From Candidatus Latescibacterota bacterium (lineage in GTDB: Bacteria > Latescibacterota > UBA2968 > UBA8231), in contig CBDCNM010000002.1 of NCBI GenBank assembly GCA_965219385.1, positions 406,639 to 470,638 of the forward strand: a stretch of DNA of 64,000 nucleotides. Direction: 5' to 3'. The notes under the pieces are model-generated. The model was given only the letters and a program-made list of their open reading frames with translations. It was not told the DNA's origin and did not search any database. The translations under genes were made by a program, and so were the position numbers. Each line of letters opens with the position of its first letter. The first letter of the stretch is position 1. Shown one piece after another: positions 11,122 to 21,740 of this stretch.

Positions 11122-11496
11122 GTGGCAAAGATCACCATCCTCTTCGGCATCTTGCTTTTTGTGCTGGGTATCGGCGGCTACCTCGGCACGGGTCAAACCA
11201 GCCTTACTGCGCTGATTCCCTCTGCTTTCGGCCTGGTCTTCCTGCTTTTGGGCCTGCTGGCCCGCGGAGAAAACCTGCGTCGCCATGCCATGCACGCGGC
11301 AGCCGCCCTGGCCCTGCTCGGATTCCTGGGAACGGCCAGGGCCATCGCCCAGGTGTTTACCTTGCTGGGCGGCGGAACCGTGGAGCGCCCCCAGGCCGTT
11401 CCCCTCCAGGCCCTCATGGCCGTCCTCTGCGCCGTGTTCGCAGCCCTGTGCGTCCGCTCCTTCATCCAGGCGCGGCGAGCCCGCACTTTGCAGTAA
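11122..11496 (+). CDS. Small four-TM membrane protein
   Basis: GTG start; hydrophobic helices, SLTALIP and RRHAMH motifs. Confidence 0.7.
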   Translation: MAKITILFGILLFVLGIGGYLGTGQTSLTALIPSAFGLVFLLLGLLARGENLRRHAMHAAAALALLGFLGTARAIAQVFTLLGGGTVERPQAVPLQALMAVLCAVFAALCVRSFIQARRARTLQ

Positions 11497-11586
11497 AACA
11501 AAGGCCGGCCCGGTCGCACCAAGCCGGCCCCGTGCGCATCGCTGGTCCCCAAGGTGCGCCAGGTCCTCGATGGACACTAGACGCTT

Positions 11587-13521
11587 TTGGACGTAGACGA
11601 AATCCTGAACAATCTGGACCTGGACGAACTGCTTGACGCCTACGACCGGGCCGCTCGTCGACTCCTCGAAGTAGCGCTCCACGACGGACACTTTGAGGAC
11701 CGGGATCCGGCGGAGGTGGTCTGGCCCTCTTCCTCTGCCATTGACGTGACCGGCCTGGAACAACGGGCCGAGCTGATCGCCCGGATCCACCAAGGCATTC
11801 CGCCGCGGCGCGACAGCCGCCTGGCCGAAGCGCACGAGAACTACATTCAGACCCTGCCCGCCTACCACCAGGCCACCCGGATCTACCTGCAGGTTCTCAG
11901 GCAGTTTCTGCAAAACCAAGCCGGTGACCAGCGCGACTTTCTGCAGCTCTACCAGTCAGTCTACCTGCAAGCCCTGGGACGCGAAAACCCCTTTCCCCTC
12001 GATGCGGGAGAGGCCGCCCTGATCGAGCTGCGCGTGGCTCGCGCCCCCCTGTCCCACGCCCAGTCCGTAGCCGAAAAACTGCCGCCCAGCCCGAGCGAGG
12101 ACGACCCCCGCTGGGAAGGGGTCTATACCTATGCCACCGAGGACGGCGTCCACCAGGCCCGGCTGCGCGAGATCCTGGGTCACATCGCCGAACGCGTGGT
12201 CGATTTCCTGGCTGCCGGCGAGCACCTGGCCATCCGCTACAACACCTTCAACAACTTCATCTGGTTCGGCCTATCGGTCTGGAAGGCGGTCACCGAACTC
12301 GAGCTTTTGCTGGCCCGGCTCCAGGGCAAGGTGCGGCAAAAACGGCACGATATCTTGCTGAAGTACGCGCGTCTGGCCCAGGGCCAGTTGCTCAAGTTCC
12401 TGGAAGCACACTCGGAGGATCCGGCCCAGATCCGCCCCAAGGACTACTGGTACGGACAGGAGTACAGCTACCTTACCCGCGATATGATCGACCTGACCCT
12501 CAAGCTGGTCGAGCGCGCCAACGCCCTGCGCAACCGGGCCCGGGGCCTGGACCGGGAAGCCGTACCCGAGTTGGAAATTCCCGCCCTGCTGCGCAACCAG
12601 GTCGCGGGTCGCTTTCTCGAGTACCCGCACGTGGGTCGCCGGGCCCGGTTCTCCTCCTGGCAGCGCCGCCGCAAACTGCTCAAATGGATCCAGCTCTTCC
12701 GCAAGACCGGCCGCCGCAAAATGAGACTGCACCGGGCCGACCGGGCCGCCGGGCAGCGCCTGGCCGCCTCCTGGCAAAACAATACCGACTGGGGCACCGG
12801 GGCCCTGGAGATATTCGGCGTCCAGGTACAGGTCCGGATCGATCCTCTCTTTGCTCCCATTGCCGCGGAACTGGAGCTGCACAAGGGCAACCGGAAGATC
12901 ATCTTCTTTCCCACCCACCAGAGTCTCCTGGACCACCCGGTCATGTACCATGTCCTGCAGTCCCCCGAAATGATGCAGGCCATGGGCTGGGACCAGCCCG
13001 TTCCCTGCGTTTTGTTTTCGCGCTCGCGGCTGATGGATCCGACCAGTTTCAAGATAGGCTCGAGGCAATTCTCCCTCATCGGGGTACCCCCGGAAATGGC
13101 CGACCGCCTCCTGGAGGAGGTGGACGGTTATGTGATCGCAGATCGCTCCCGCGACGCGGGCAACCCCATCCAGCGCTTTGCCAAACTCCTCGAAGAGCGT
13201 CCGGGCGTGATCTACGGCGCCGGCACCACCTCTGCCTTCGAACTGCAGTGTCTGCCCATGCAACACGCCCTCTTCGCCTACTTGCCCCAGGACGTGGTGG
13301 TCATCCCCATGGCCTTCCGCGGCATCCACTCCCTGTGGCCCAAGTGCCCCAGGGGCAACAAAAACATCAACCCGGGCCTGGTCGAGGTGATGGTTTCGCC
13401 GCCCATGCTGGGCGCCACCACCCTGCTTCCCAGGAAGCGCGCCCTGCGCACCCAGCTGGAACCGGCTACCCTCTTTCAGGCCGTGCACATCGCCAATCTC
13501 TACAACCCGGAGCCGGTCTGA
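11587..13521 (+). CDS. Large protein with C-terminal PlsC-like acyltransferase domain
   Basis: FPTHQSLLDH (HxxxxD) and VVIPMAFRG motifs in the C-terminal third; N-terminal ~400 aa unrecognised. Confidence 0.65.
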   Translation: MDVDEILNNLDLDELLDAYDRAARRLLEVALHDGHFEDRDPAEVVWPSSSAIDVTGLEQRAELIARIHQGIPPRRDSRLAEAHENYIQTLPAYHQATRIYLQVLRQFLQNQAGDQRDFLQLYQSVYLQALGRENPFPLDAGEAALIELRVARAPLSHAQSVAEKLPPSPSEDDPRWEGVYTYATEDGVHQARLREILGHIAERVVDFLAAGEHLAIRYNTFNNFIWFGLSVWKAVTELELLLARLQGKVRQKRHDILLKYARLAQGQLLKFLEAHSEDPAQIRPKDYWYGQEYSYLTRDMIDLTLKLVERANALRNRARGLDREAVPELEIPALLRNQVAGRFLEYPHVGRRARFSSWQRRRKLLKWIQLFRKTGRRKMRLHRADRAAGQRLAASWQNNTDWGTGALEIFGVQVQVRIDPLFAPIAAELELHKGNRKIIFFPTHQSLLDHPVMYHVLQSPEMMQAMGWDQPVPCVLFSRSRLMDPTSFKIGSRQFSLIGVPPEMADRLLEEVDGYVIADRSRDAGNPIQRFAKLLEERPGVIYGAGTTSAFELQCLPMQHALFAYLPQDVVVIPMAFRGIHSLWPKCPRGNKNINPGLVEVMVSPPMLGATTLLPRKRALRTQLEPATLFQAVHIANLYNPEPV

Positions 13522-13540
13522 AAAAGAAGGGAGCACGACG

Positions 13541-14349
13541 ATGGAATTCCGCCAGGCCCTGTACGAACTGGGAGTGCGCGACGATACTTTGAGCACGGCC
13601 GAAAGGCAACAACTGGACCGGGACGGCTACCTGCTGCTGGAAGGCATCTTCACGCGGCAGCAGGCCGGGCGCATGTTCGCGGAACACAAAAGGCTGTGGG
13701 AAATCGAAAAGACCGGCCAGGAGGGCGGGGAGGACACCGTCACCAACGCCCAGAACAAGTGCGGCTCCGACGTCTATGACATCTGCTTTACCCATCCGCG
13801 GGTGCTGGCTGCGGTGGGCCATGTATTGCAGGAGGAGTTCCTCTCCCTGGGGGTCCACGCTGCCGGTCCCCACTGGCCCCCGCCGATGAGAACCAGGGCC
13901 TGCACACGGATTGCCGCGGCCGGATCCGGGCCGGAACCTTCTTCTGCTGCAACTCCATGTGGCCGCTGATGGACTTCACCGCGGACAACGGCCCGACCCG
14001 CGTGGTGCCCGGCAGCCACCTGTGGGGCGCCATCCCCTCGAAGGCCCTCGAAGACACGGTGACGCCCCACCCCAAAGAAAGAAAGCTGATCGTGCCGGTG
14101 GGCACGGTGGTGATCTTCAACGCCCATTTGTGGCACGGGGCCACGGCCAATCCGGAGCGCATCCCCCGGGCCAACCTCACCAGCTTCTGGTCCCGCCGTT
14201 TCATCCCCCCCGAGGACGCCGCCGAGACCGGCATGGAACTGCGGGAAGACAACCGCGTGGAGAATCCCCTGAGCCAGGAGACTTACGACCGGCTCGGCCC
14301 GGCGGCGCGCTGCCTCTTCGACCCGCCGGTTGCGAGGAGCGCAACCTGA
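13541..14349 (+). pseudogene. PhyH-family Fe(II)/2OG dioxygenase split by a frameshift
   Basis: LDRDGYLLLEG start; second frame gives QGLHTD (HxD), DFTADNGPTRVVPGSH, LWHG; break at C5 run 13877-13881. Confidence 0.8.
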
Positions 14350-14395
14350 GCCAAGCACAGCCAGAGGGGCCGCAATCACAAGGAGGAAAGCACCC

Positions 14396-15194
14396 ATGAA
14401 CGAGAAAGAAAAATGCCTGTTCGACCTGTGGGGCTACGTCGTAGTGGAGGACGTGCTGACCCCCGAAGAAGTCGCCCGGGCCAATGAGGCCATCGATCAC
14501 CACGCCGCCCTGATCCAAAACCGCGCGGCCGACCTGTCGGGGGGGGGCGGCCAACCTAGTGGGGCAGACCGGACGCGGCGAGCTGCGCCAGAACCCGCTC
14601 ACCTTCGAACGCCCCTGGTGCGAGCCCTTCCGCCGGATGCTGACGCACCCGTGCACCATCGACCTCTTCAACGAGATCCTGGGCCCGGGCTTCCGCCTGG
14701 ACCACGGGCCGGGCCTGATCCGGATGGTCAACGGTACCGAGGGCCACCGGCTGCACGGCGGCATGACCTTTGATCCGAGCCAGTACCACCACTTTGCCCA
14801 CGGCCAGATGCACTGCGGATTGTGCGTGGCCGCCTGGCAGCTCACCGATGTGCTTCCCGGAGACGGCGGCTTCGCCTGCATCCCGGGCAGCCACAAGGCC
14901 AACTACCACATCCCCCCGGAGGTGACGCGCCTGGAGGAGGACTGGGGCTGCGTAGAGCAGGTGGTGTCCCCGGCCGGCTCGGTGGTGGTCTTCAACGAGG
15001 CCCTGGTGCACGGCACCCTGCCCTGGCAGCCCGACGACCGCGAGCGCCGCTCCATCCTCTTCAAGTGCTCGCCGGGTTTTCTGGCCTGGGGCTCGCCCCA
15101 CACCCAGTGCCCCATCGCCGATCCCACCCCCGCGGAAGAGGCGCTCTACGCCCCGCCCCGCCGCACGGGCCGCCCCACGCTGGGAGAAGACTAA
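14396..15194 (+). pseudogene. Second PhyH-family dioxygenase split by a frameshift
   Basis: FDLWGYVVVEDVL start with AGGAGG RBS; second frame GFACIPGSHK, EALVHGT; break at G9 run 14539-14547. Confidence 0.8.
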
Positions 15195-16099
15195 GAGGCC
15201 CTAACAAAACTCTTTGAGGTACTTCCAACAGATGAGAATACATCCGATGTCGAGAAAGGCTTCATGGAGATCACCTCGTCGCTCCCAGCGGACTCGAAGC
15301 CGACGGAATTGGTGCAACCATGCCAACGTTCGTTCCACCACCCACCGATAGACGCCCAAGCCGCTGCCGTGGGCTTGCCCTCGCCGAGCCAACACCGAGC
15401 CGATGCCCCGCTTACGCAAGGCGCGCCGATGGGCTTGCGAATCATAGGCCCGATCCCCTTGCACCCGATCCGGCCGACGACGCGGGCGGCCGACCCGACC
15501 GGCCACCGGGGGTATGCGATCCACCAACGGCAACAGCTGCGTCACATCATGCCGATGGGCCCCCGTCACCCCCGCCGCCAACGGCACCCCTTGGGCATCG
15601 GTGATTACATGGTGTTTGCTACCGGGTTTGCCGCGGTCCGTCGGATTGGGACCGGTGTGCGCCCCCCCCCAACCGCCCGCACCGAGGCACTATCGACCAC
15701 CGCACGAGACCAATCAATCCGGTCGGCGGCCCTCAGTCGGTTCAACAGGATATGATGGACTCTTTTCCAGACCCCGGCTTGTTGCCAAGCGTGCAGGCGA
15801 CGCCAACAGGTCATCCCCGAACCGCACCCCATCTCTTGAGGCAAATACTCCCAAGGGATACCCGTCTTGAGCACAAAGAGAATGCCGGTCAGCACCCTAC
15901 GGTTATCCAGCCGAGGCCGCCCCCCTTGGGGGCCAACGGTTACGGGGGGCAAAACCGGTTCAATCAAGGCCCATAACCCATCGTCGAGTAACGGCTTGGC
16001 CATCAAAAACACCTCCATATCAAGACGGTAGAAGCAATACCGAAGAGGATAAGAATATAATGAAGCCTATACGCGATTCCAAGGTTTTGTTAGAGACTC
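15195..16099 (-). mobile_element. IS5-family insertion sequence (IS427/IS1031-like), 905 bp
   Basis: TIRs GAGGCCCTAACAAAAC (15195-15210) and GTTTTGTTAGAGACTC (16084-16099), 14/16 match; TAA flanks both ends (15192-15194, 16100-16102). Confidence 0.9.
15201..16003 (-). CDS. tnp: IS5-family transposase in two frames, joined by a -1 shift at a G9 run
   Basis: GGRPRLDNRRVLTGILFVLKTGIPW, VVDSASVRA, GDRAYDS, RWVVERTLAWL; G run at 15662-15670 joins to AHTGPNPTDRGKPGSKHH. Confidence 0.85.
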
Positions 16100-16170
16100 T
16101 AAGAGCCCCTAAAGGCCCAGCTGACGTTGCGCGGCGGCGCCGGGCGGGAAGAGGAAAAGCCGGCTTGTCG

Positions 16171-19100
16171 CTAGAACAGCGAAAGCTGCTGGGTCTGCTC
16201 CCGCGGGCGCGGCGGACGCAGTTCTTCCCGGCTGATCAATGGGGCTGGAATTTCCGCTATAAAGGGCGCGACAGCAGGGCGCACGACCTGGCCGTAGCGG
16301 CTGCGGGAGCGGGCGTGCAGCAGCACCACTTCCTCTCGCGCCCGGGTGAGGCCCACATAGAACAGCCGGCGCTCTTCCTCCACATCCGCCTCGCGCTCGC
16401 GCAGGGGAATCAGCCCGTCCTCTACCCCGCAGATGAAAACCACGGGAAACTCCAGGCCCTTGGCCGCGTGCAGGGTCATCAGCCGCACCGCCTCGGCCGG
16501 CCTTCCGTTTCTGCCGCCGGCGCGCTCGAAATCCGCTTCCAGGCCCAGCAGAACCACGTCCAGCAGGTGCTCCAGGGAGGACGCCTCTTCCGCCAGACGG
16601 ATCAGGTGTTCCAGGTCGACATCGTCGGCCGGCCCGTACTCCTCCTGCCAGCCGCGCAGCAAAACGGCCGGCCCCCCGGCGCGGGCCAGATGGTTGTAGC
16701 GCGAGCGGGCTGTTTCCAGGGCTTCCAGTTTTCCAGCCGCAGCCGCGGGCAGGCCCTCTGCCAGCTCCGCCGCGGACATTGCGCCGGCGCGGCTGCGGAT
16801 CCAGGCCAGAGCTGCCTTGCCCGGGTCAAAGGCTTCCAGCTCCAGCACCTGCAGCAAGCAAAGTCCGTCTCCAGGTTGCCGCAGGTAGCGGCAAAAGGCC
16901 AGGGCCGCGCCCACGGAAGCAGCCTGTAGAAAACCCTTCTGCCCACTGAGGTGGTAGGGCAGGCCCTCCTGGGCGAAACACTCCTCCAGCACCTCGGCCT
17001 GGCGACCGGTGCGGAAGAGCACGGCAAAATCCCCGAAGCTGCGCGCCTTTTCCCGGCCGGGGTGCCGGTCGGACTGCACCATGTCGGCCCCGCCCACCAT
17101 GCGGCTGATCTCGCGCACCACGGCAATGCCCTCGGCGGTGGCGCCCGGGGCCGACAGCAGGCGGATCTGGGGGCCGTCCGCCCGCACCGGTTCGAGCGGG
17201 CGGGGGGCGCGCCCGGGGTTACTCCCGATCAGGGTAGATGCGGCCCGCACAATCGCGCCGCTGGAGCGGTAGTTTTTCTCCAGGATTACCTTGACAGCGT
17301 CATAGTCCTCTTCGAGCTGGGCGAAATAACCCGGATCCGCCCCCCGGAAACCGTAGATGGCCTGGTCCGGATCGCCGATCGCAAAGAGGCCCTCTCCGGT
17401 TCCGGCCAGGAGCCGGACCAGCCGGTACTGGACCGCGTTGACGTCCTGGAACTCGTCCACCAGCAAATGCGCAAAACCACGGCGCAGTGCCGCCAGTACC
17501 CCCTCGTCCTCCTCCAGCAGATCCAGCAAGTCCAGCAGGATATCGTCGTAGTCGCAGGCTCCGTACCCCCTGAGCCGCTCCTGGTACGCCTTATAGGCCA
17601 GGCGCAGTTCGCCTTCCAGATCCCCGGGCTTTTGACCTGTGGCCTTGGCCAGGGAAAGCTCCCGTTGCGCGGTGGCCAAATCCAGGCAGAGGCCCTTTTC
17701 CTCCAGCCCCGCCGCCAGCACGGCCCGCGCTTCCACCTCGTCCAGGACCCGCTTGCTTTCTCCGGCGTGGCCGTGCAATATCTCCAGCGCCATCCGGTGA
17801 AAGGTGCCCACCCGCATCTGATCCAGACCGGCCACCCCCTCCAGCAGCACCTGCAGCCGCTGGCGCATCTCCGCTGCCGCCCGGTTGGTGAAGGTGACCG
17901 CCAGAATCCGTGCGGGCGCCACCCCTTTCTGGCGCACCAGGTAATCGATGCGCCGGGTCAGGACCCGGGTCTTGCCCGCCCCCGGACCGGCCACCACCAC
18001 CACGGGCCCGCTGGCGGCCTCGATGGCGCGGCGCTGGGCCTGGTCCACCCCACCTTGGTCCGCCGCTTCCCCGCTCGGACCGGCCGGCGCCGGCGCCGGT
18101 TTCCCCTGAGGTTTCTCGCGCGCGGGTGGAGCCTGAGTCGCGGCTGCCGGCAATTCAAACAGAAGGGACTGTCCCTTGAATTGCTCGCGCTCCTGGTCGC
18201 TGAAGACCCGGATGGTACCGTACTCGCCGTCGTGCCCGGGCAGGATCTCCACCGCGCCCGTGCGCATCCGCCGCACCCCCTCCGCCACCAGGCTTTCGCC
18301 ACCAGCGGCGATCTCTTCGGGGGGCACGGCCCGCAGGATGTGCAACTCCGGTCCCAGGGCCTCCAGCAGCTTGTCGTAGATGCCCCGCACCTTCTTGCTC
18401 TGCGGCCCCACCCCCACGGCCGCGCCGATCACCTCGGCCAGCGGGATCAGGTACTCGAAGGACTGCCTGGTCGGGGGACCATCCCCCTCGGGCCGGTCGG
18501 CCAGCTTCTCCACCCGGTGCAGCACCCCCACCGTCAGCTTGCGGCCACACACCGGGCACAGGCCGCCCGCCTCCAGGGTCTGGGCCGGCTTCCAGCACAC
18601 CGCGCACTTGCGGTGCCCGTCGTAGTGGTACTTGCCTTCTTCCGGGTAAAATTCCAGGGTGCCGGTGAAGCGCGCCGGGTCGCGCTCGCGCAGGGCCGCG
18701 CCGATCGCCGGATAGGAAAGCTCGGTGTCGAAGCAGGTGGCCTCGCGCCCCAGCTTTTGCGGCGAGTGGGCGTCCGAGTTGGAGACAATGGCGTAGCGAT
18801 CCAGGGCCGAGAGCCGCTCGTTCATGGGCGGATCCGAGGACAGGCCGGTCTCCACCGCAAAGATGTGGGGCAACAGATCCTCGAAGCACTCCTCCAGGCT
18901 GTCAAACCCCGAACTGGCCCCCAGGACCGCGAAGTGCGGGGTCCAGATATGGGCCGGGATAAACACTACCTCGGGGCACGCCTCCAGGCAGATCTCCAGC
19001 AAATCGCGGCAGTCCAGCCCCAGGATGGGCCGGCCGTCCGCTTTGAGGTTGCCGATGGCCCCCAGGCGGTGGTTCAGTGCCTCGACGGCGGCAAAGTCCG

Positions 19101-19440
19101 GCAAGATGACCAGGTTGTGGATCTTGCGGGTGCGGCCGTTCTTCTTGTAGATCGAGCTGATCTCCACCGAGAGCAGGAAGCGCACTTCAGCCCGGCAGGA
19201 CAGGGGCACCTCGGCCTCGACCGGGAGGCGCCACGCCTCCTTGAGGCGATAGAGTCCCTCCTCGGCCGGCTCCAGCTTTTCCCGCAACTCCTCCAGCCAG
19301 GCCGGGTGGGTATAATCCCCGGTCCCCACCACGGTGATGCCTTTGAGGGCCGACCAGCGGTGCAGGTTTTCCGGGTTCAGGTCCCGGCTGGTGGCCCGGG
19401 CATAGCGCGAGTGGAGGTGTACGTCAATGACAAAACGCAT
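16171..19440 (-). CDS. EndoQ-like PHP nuclease fused to UvrD/PcrA-type SF1 helicase
   Basis: N-term DVHLHSRY, GTGDYTHP, SNSDAHS, CxxC..CxxC; C-term AGPGAGKT, DEFQD, GDPDQAIYGFRGA, TLHAAKGLEF, EERRLFYVGLTRA. Confidence 0.85.
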   Translation of the reverse strand: MRFVIDVHLHSRYARATSRDLNPENLHRWSALKGITVVGTGDYTHPAWLEELREKLEPAEEGLYRLKEAWRLPVEAEVPLSCRAEVRFLLSVEISSIYKKNGRTRKIHNLVILPDFAAVEALNHRLGAIGNLKADGRPILGLDCRDLLEICLEACPEVVFIPAHIWTPHFAVLGASSGFDSLEECFEDLLPHIFAVETGLSSDPPMNERLSALDRYAIVSNSDAHSPQKLGREATCFDTELSYPAIGAALRERDPARFTGTLEFYPEEGKYHYDGHRKCAVCWKPAQTLEAGGLCPVCGRKLTVGVLHRVEKLADRPEGDGPPTRQSFEYLIPLAEVIGAAVGVGPQSKKVRGIYDKLLEALGPELHILRAVPPEEIAAGGESLVAEGVRRMRTGAVEILPGHDGEYGTIRVFSDQEREQFKGQSLLFELPAAATQAPPAREKPQGKPAPAPAGPSGEAADQGGVDQAQRRAIEAASGPVVVVAGPGAGKTRVLTRRIDYLVRQKGVAPARILAVTFTNRAAAEMRQRLQVLLEGVAGLDQMRVGTFHRMALEILHGHAGESKRVLDEVEARAVLAAGLEEKGLCLDLATAQRELSLAKATGQKPGDLEGELRLAYKAYQERLRGYGACDYDDILLDLLDLLEEDEGVLAALRRGFAHLLVDEFQDVNAVQYRLVRLLAGTGEGLFAIGDPDQAIYGFRGADPGYFAQLEEDYDAVKVILEKNYRSSGAIVRAASTLIGSNPGRAPRPLEPVRADGPQIRLLSAPGATAEGIAVVREISRMVGGADMVQSDRHPGREKARSFGDFAVLFRTGRQAEVLEECFAQEGLPYHLSGQKGFLQAASVGAALAFCRYLRQPGDGLCLLQVLELEAFDPGKAALAWIRSRAGAMSAAELAEGLPAAAAGKLEALETARSRYNHLARAGGPAVLLRGWQEEYGPADDVDLEHLIRLAEEASSLEHLLDVVLLGLEADFERAGGRNGRPAEAVRLMTLHAAKGLEFPVVFICGVEDGLIPLREREADVEEERRLFYVGLTRAREEVVLLHARSRSRYGQVVRPAVAPFIAEIPAPLISREELRPPRPREQTQQLSLF

Positions 19441-19671
19441 GGCCCTTCTTTCCAGGCGGTAGTTTTTGTTTTTCAGGGGGTGAATTCAGAGTATAGCATT
19501 TTGCCGTGCGGAGCACAACATGGAAGGTTCGCACCGCATTCCGGAGCACTTAATTTACCGCGACCTTTCATATAAGTTTTATGTCTAATGCTTTTCCTTG
19601 TTTGTATCACCCGGAACTCGCACTTTTATTTTCTATTTCAGCTGGACTAAAAAAGGAGGCTCGAGAAAATC

Positions 19672-20664
19672 ATGGCTGGAATCAAGGCAGCACTAATCGG
19701 CTGTGGCGGCGCCGGGAGCGGCCACAGCCGCAAGGCACGGGAGCTGGGGATCGAAGTGGCGGTCTTCTGCGATAATGTCGAGGCCGCGGCCCGGCGGTTG
19801 CGCGATGAGATGGGCAGTGGCCTGGTCACCACCGAGGCGGATCCGATCCTGCGCGACGAGAGCATTGACCTGCTCCTGATCGCCACCCACCACGACGCCC
19901 ACTACCCGCTGGCCCTGGCCGGCGCGCGCGCCGGCAAACACCTGCTGGTGGAGAAGCCCATGTGCGTGCAATACGCCCAGGCCGTGGAAGTGGCCGAGGC
20001 GGTCGAAAAGGCCGGGGTCAAGCTGGTGGTCAACTGCAAGTTCTGGATTGCGCCCACGGTCCAGAAGGCCCGGGCCTTGCTGCCCCGGCCCCGCCTGAGC
20101 CACGGTCAGCTGGCCATGAGCGACTCCAGCAAGAGCCGCAGCCGCTGGATCTGGGATCCGGACGACGGCGGCGGGCTGCTCATCAGTACGGCCGTCCACA
20201 CCGTCGATCTGCTCACCTACCTCATGGACAGCGCCCCCGAGCGGGTCTATGCCGAGGGCCGGGTTTTCGGGGAGGACAAAGGCCCCGCCGGGTACCCGGC
20301 GGGCCTGGTGGGCACCATCCTGTGGCACAGCGGCGCCCTCTCCACCGTCATCAGCACCGACCAGGGTCTGAACCCTTTTGTCTCCAAGTGGTTCCACCAG
20401 GTGTGGGACGGCGAGCGCAGCGCTGTGTTCTCGGCTCATACCCAGCGGGTGGACTTCGGCGGCTGCGCGGTCGACTACCTGGACGCCCGGGAGCTACCCG
20501 CAGAGGAAAGCCAGAAGGCCTCGATGCTGGTGAATCTGCTCGAAGCCGTGCGCACGGGCGGCGATACCCTGTGCAATGCCCGCGACGGGGTGCGCACCGT
20601 GGCCCTGTGCAATGCCCTGGACGAGGCTGCGCGCACCGGCAAACCGCAGACGGTCCGGAGCTAG
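19672..20664 (+). CDS. Gfo/Idh/MocA-family oxidoreductase
   Basis: IGCGGAG Rossmann motif, GKHLLVEKP, GGGLLISTAVHTVD. Confidence 0.9.
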   Translation: MAGIKAALIGCGGAGSGHSRKARELGIEVAVFCDNVEAAARRLRDEMGSGLVTTEADPILRDESIDLLLIATHHDAHYPLALAGARAGKHLLVEKPMCVQYAQAVEVAEAVEKAGVKLVVNCKFWIAPTVQKARALLPRPRLSHGQLAMSDSSKSRSRWIWDPDDGGGLLISTAVHTVDLLTYLMDSAPERVYAEGRVFGEDKGPAGYPAGLVGTILWHSGALSTVISTDQGLNPFVSKWFHQVWDGERSAVFSAHTQRVDFGGCAVDYLDARELPAEESQKASMLVNLLEAVRTGGDTLCNARDGVRTVALCNALDEAARTGKPQTVRS

Positions 20665-20792
20665 GAGGCCGGCCGCTCTCCGAGGGCGCACCTGAGGCGA
20701 GCCCGACAACCCGGAAAAGGGCTCTCCGCCGTCTGGGGCTCATCAAGCGCCAAAGGCAATGTCCCGCTTCTCATCAGAGAAGGTCGAGATTC

Positions 20793-21629
20793 TCAGGCCT
20801 CAAAATCCGCCAAAGACCGGAGATAACGAGCACTTTTCTCGGCCGCCTCCCCTGGCCCAGCCAGCCCGGCAAAGGCCTGGTGGACGGTCACGTGCCCCCT
20901 GTAGCCGATTTCCCTCAGAGTAGCAAAGATCGACGGGAAGTCGATGCCCCCCTCCTGCCACACCGGGATCTGATCAAAGCGCACCTCGCCCCCGGACCAG
21001 GTGTTGAGCCTGCTCTTCCCATTGCTCTTGATCGCCTGATTCTGCAGGTACACATTAAACAAATGCGGCTCAAAGAGACGGATGGTCTCCGGTCCATAGT
21101 CTTCGCCGCACAACTCCAGGTTGGCCGGCTCGTAGATGATGCCGAAGTTGTCCCGGCCCACCCGCTGCACCACTTCCAGGGAGTCCTCCACTCGCTCGAA
21201 CAGGCTACGGGTATGGCTCTGGTGGGCCAGCTTCATGCCGCGTTCGGCCGCCTCGTCCGCAGCCCGTTGCGCCCACTCAATATCTTCCTCTTTTTTCATG
21301 GCAATCCGCAACAGATCCGCCCGCAGGACCTGGGCCAGGTCCAGGTAGGGGGTGATGTTGCGCAGGGCCCGGGGACCTTCGTCGGTATTCTCGGGTATGG
21401 GAAAATCGCCGGTCACCATGGAGACGGCCAGACCTTTCTCATCCAGCTGCCGGCGCTCTTCCTCCACCTCTTTGAGGGGGGTGTGCACCCCCAGCTGCGA
21501 GGCCCGCATGCACAAGGCCTTGTACCCGTGCTCCACCGCCAGATCCGCCAGACCCGCCAGCGGCATCAAAGCCTCCCTTTTTGAATGGAACTTCTCGGCC
21601 ACGCGAACCGAAAGCGAAAGTTTCATCAA
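20793..21629 (-). CDS. Sugar phosphate isomerase/epimerase (xylose isomerase-like TIM barrel)
   Basis: NFGIIYEPANL, GGIDFPSIFATLREIGYRG. Confidence 0.75.
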   Translation of the reverse strand: MMKLSLSVRVAEKFHSKREALMPLAGLADLAVEHGYKALCMRASQLGVHTPLKEVEEERRQLDEKGLAVSMVTGDFPIPENTDEGPRALRNITPYLDLAQVLRADLLRIAMKKEEDIEWAQRAADEAAERGMKLAHQSHTRSLFERVEDSLEVVQRVGRDNFGIIYEPANLELCGEDYGPETIRLFEPHLFNVYLQNQAIKSNGKSRLNTWSGGEVRFDQIPVWQEGGIDFPSIFATLREIGYRGHVTVHQAFAGLAGPGEAAEKSARYLRSLADFEA

Positions 21630-21694
21630 GATCTACCTCGATTCTTCAGTAGTGGTGTTCATCCATCCAGATCGTAGAGTATGGACGGCAACTC

Positions 21695-21740
21695 TTCTAT
21701 GGATTATAATGATAAGATTCTATGGATTATAATGATAAGA
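21695..21740. repeat. 23-bp tandem duplication TTCTATGGATTATAATGATAAGA x2 containing palindromic ATTATAAT (-10 box on both strands)
   Basis: Read directly at 21695-21717 and 21718-21740 between divergent genes. Confidence 0.9.

Noticed and set aside
2314..19575. Long antisense ORFs (2314..4239, 5914..7998, 16951..19575 and similar)
   Set aside because: Shadow frames of well-supported genes in GC-rich DNA; no motifs
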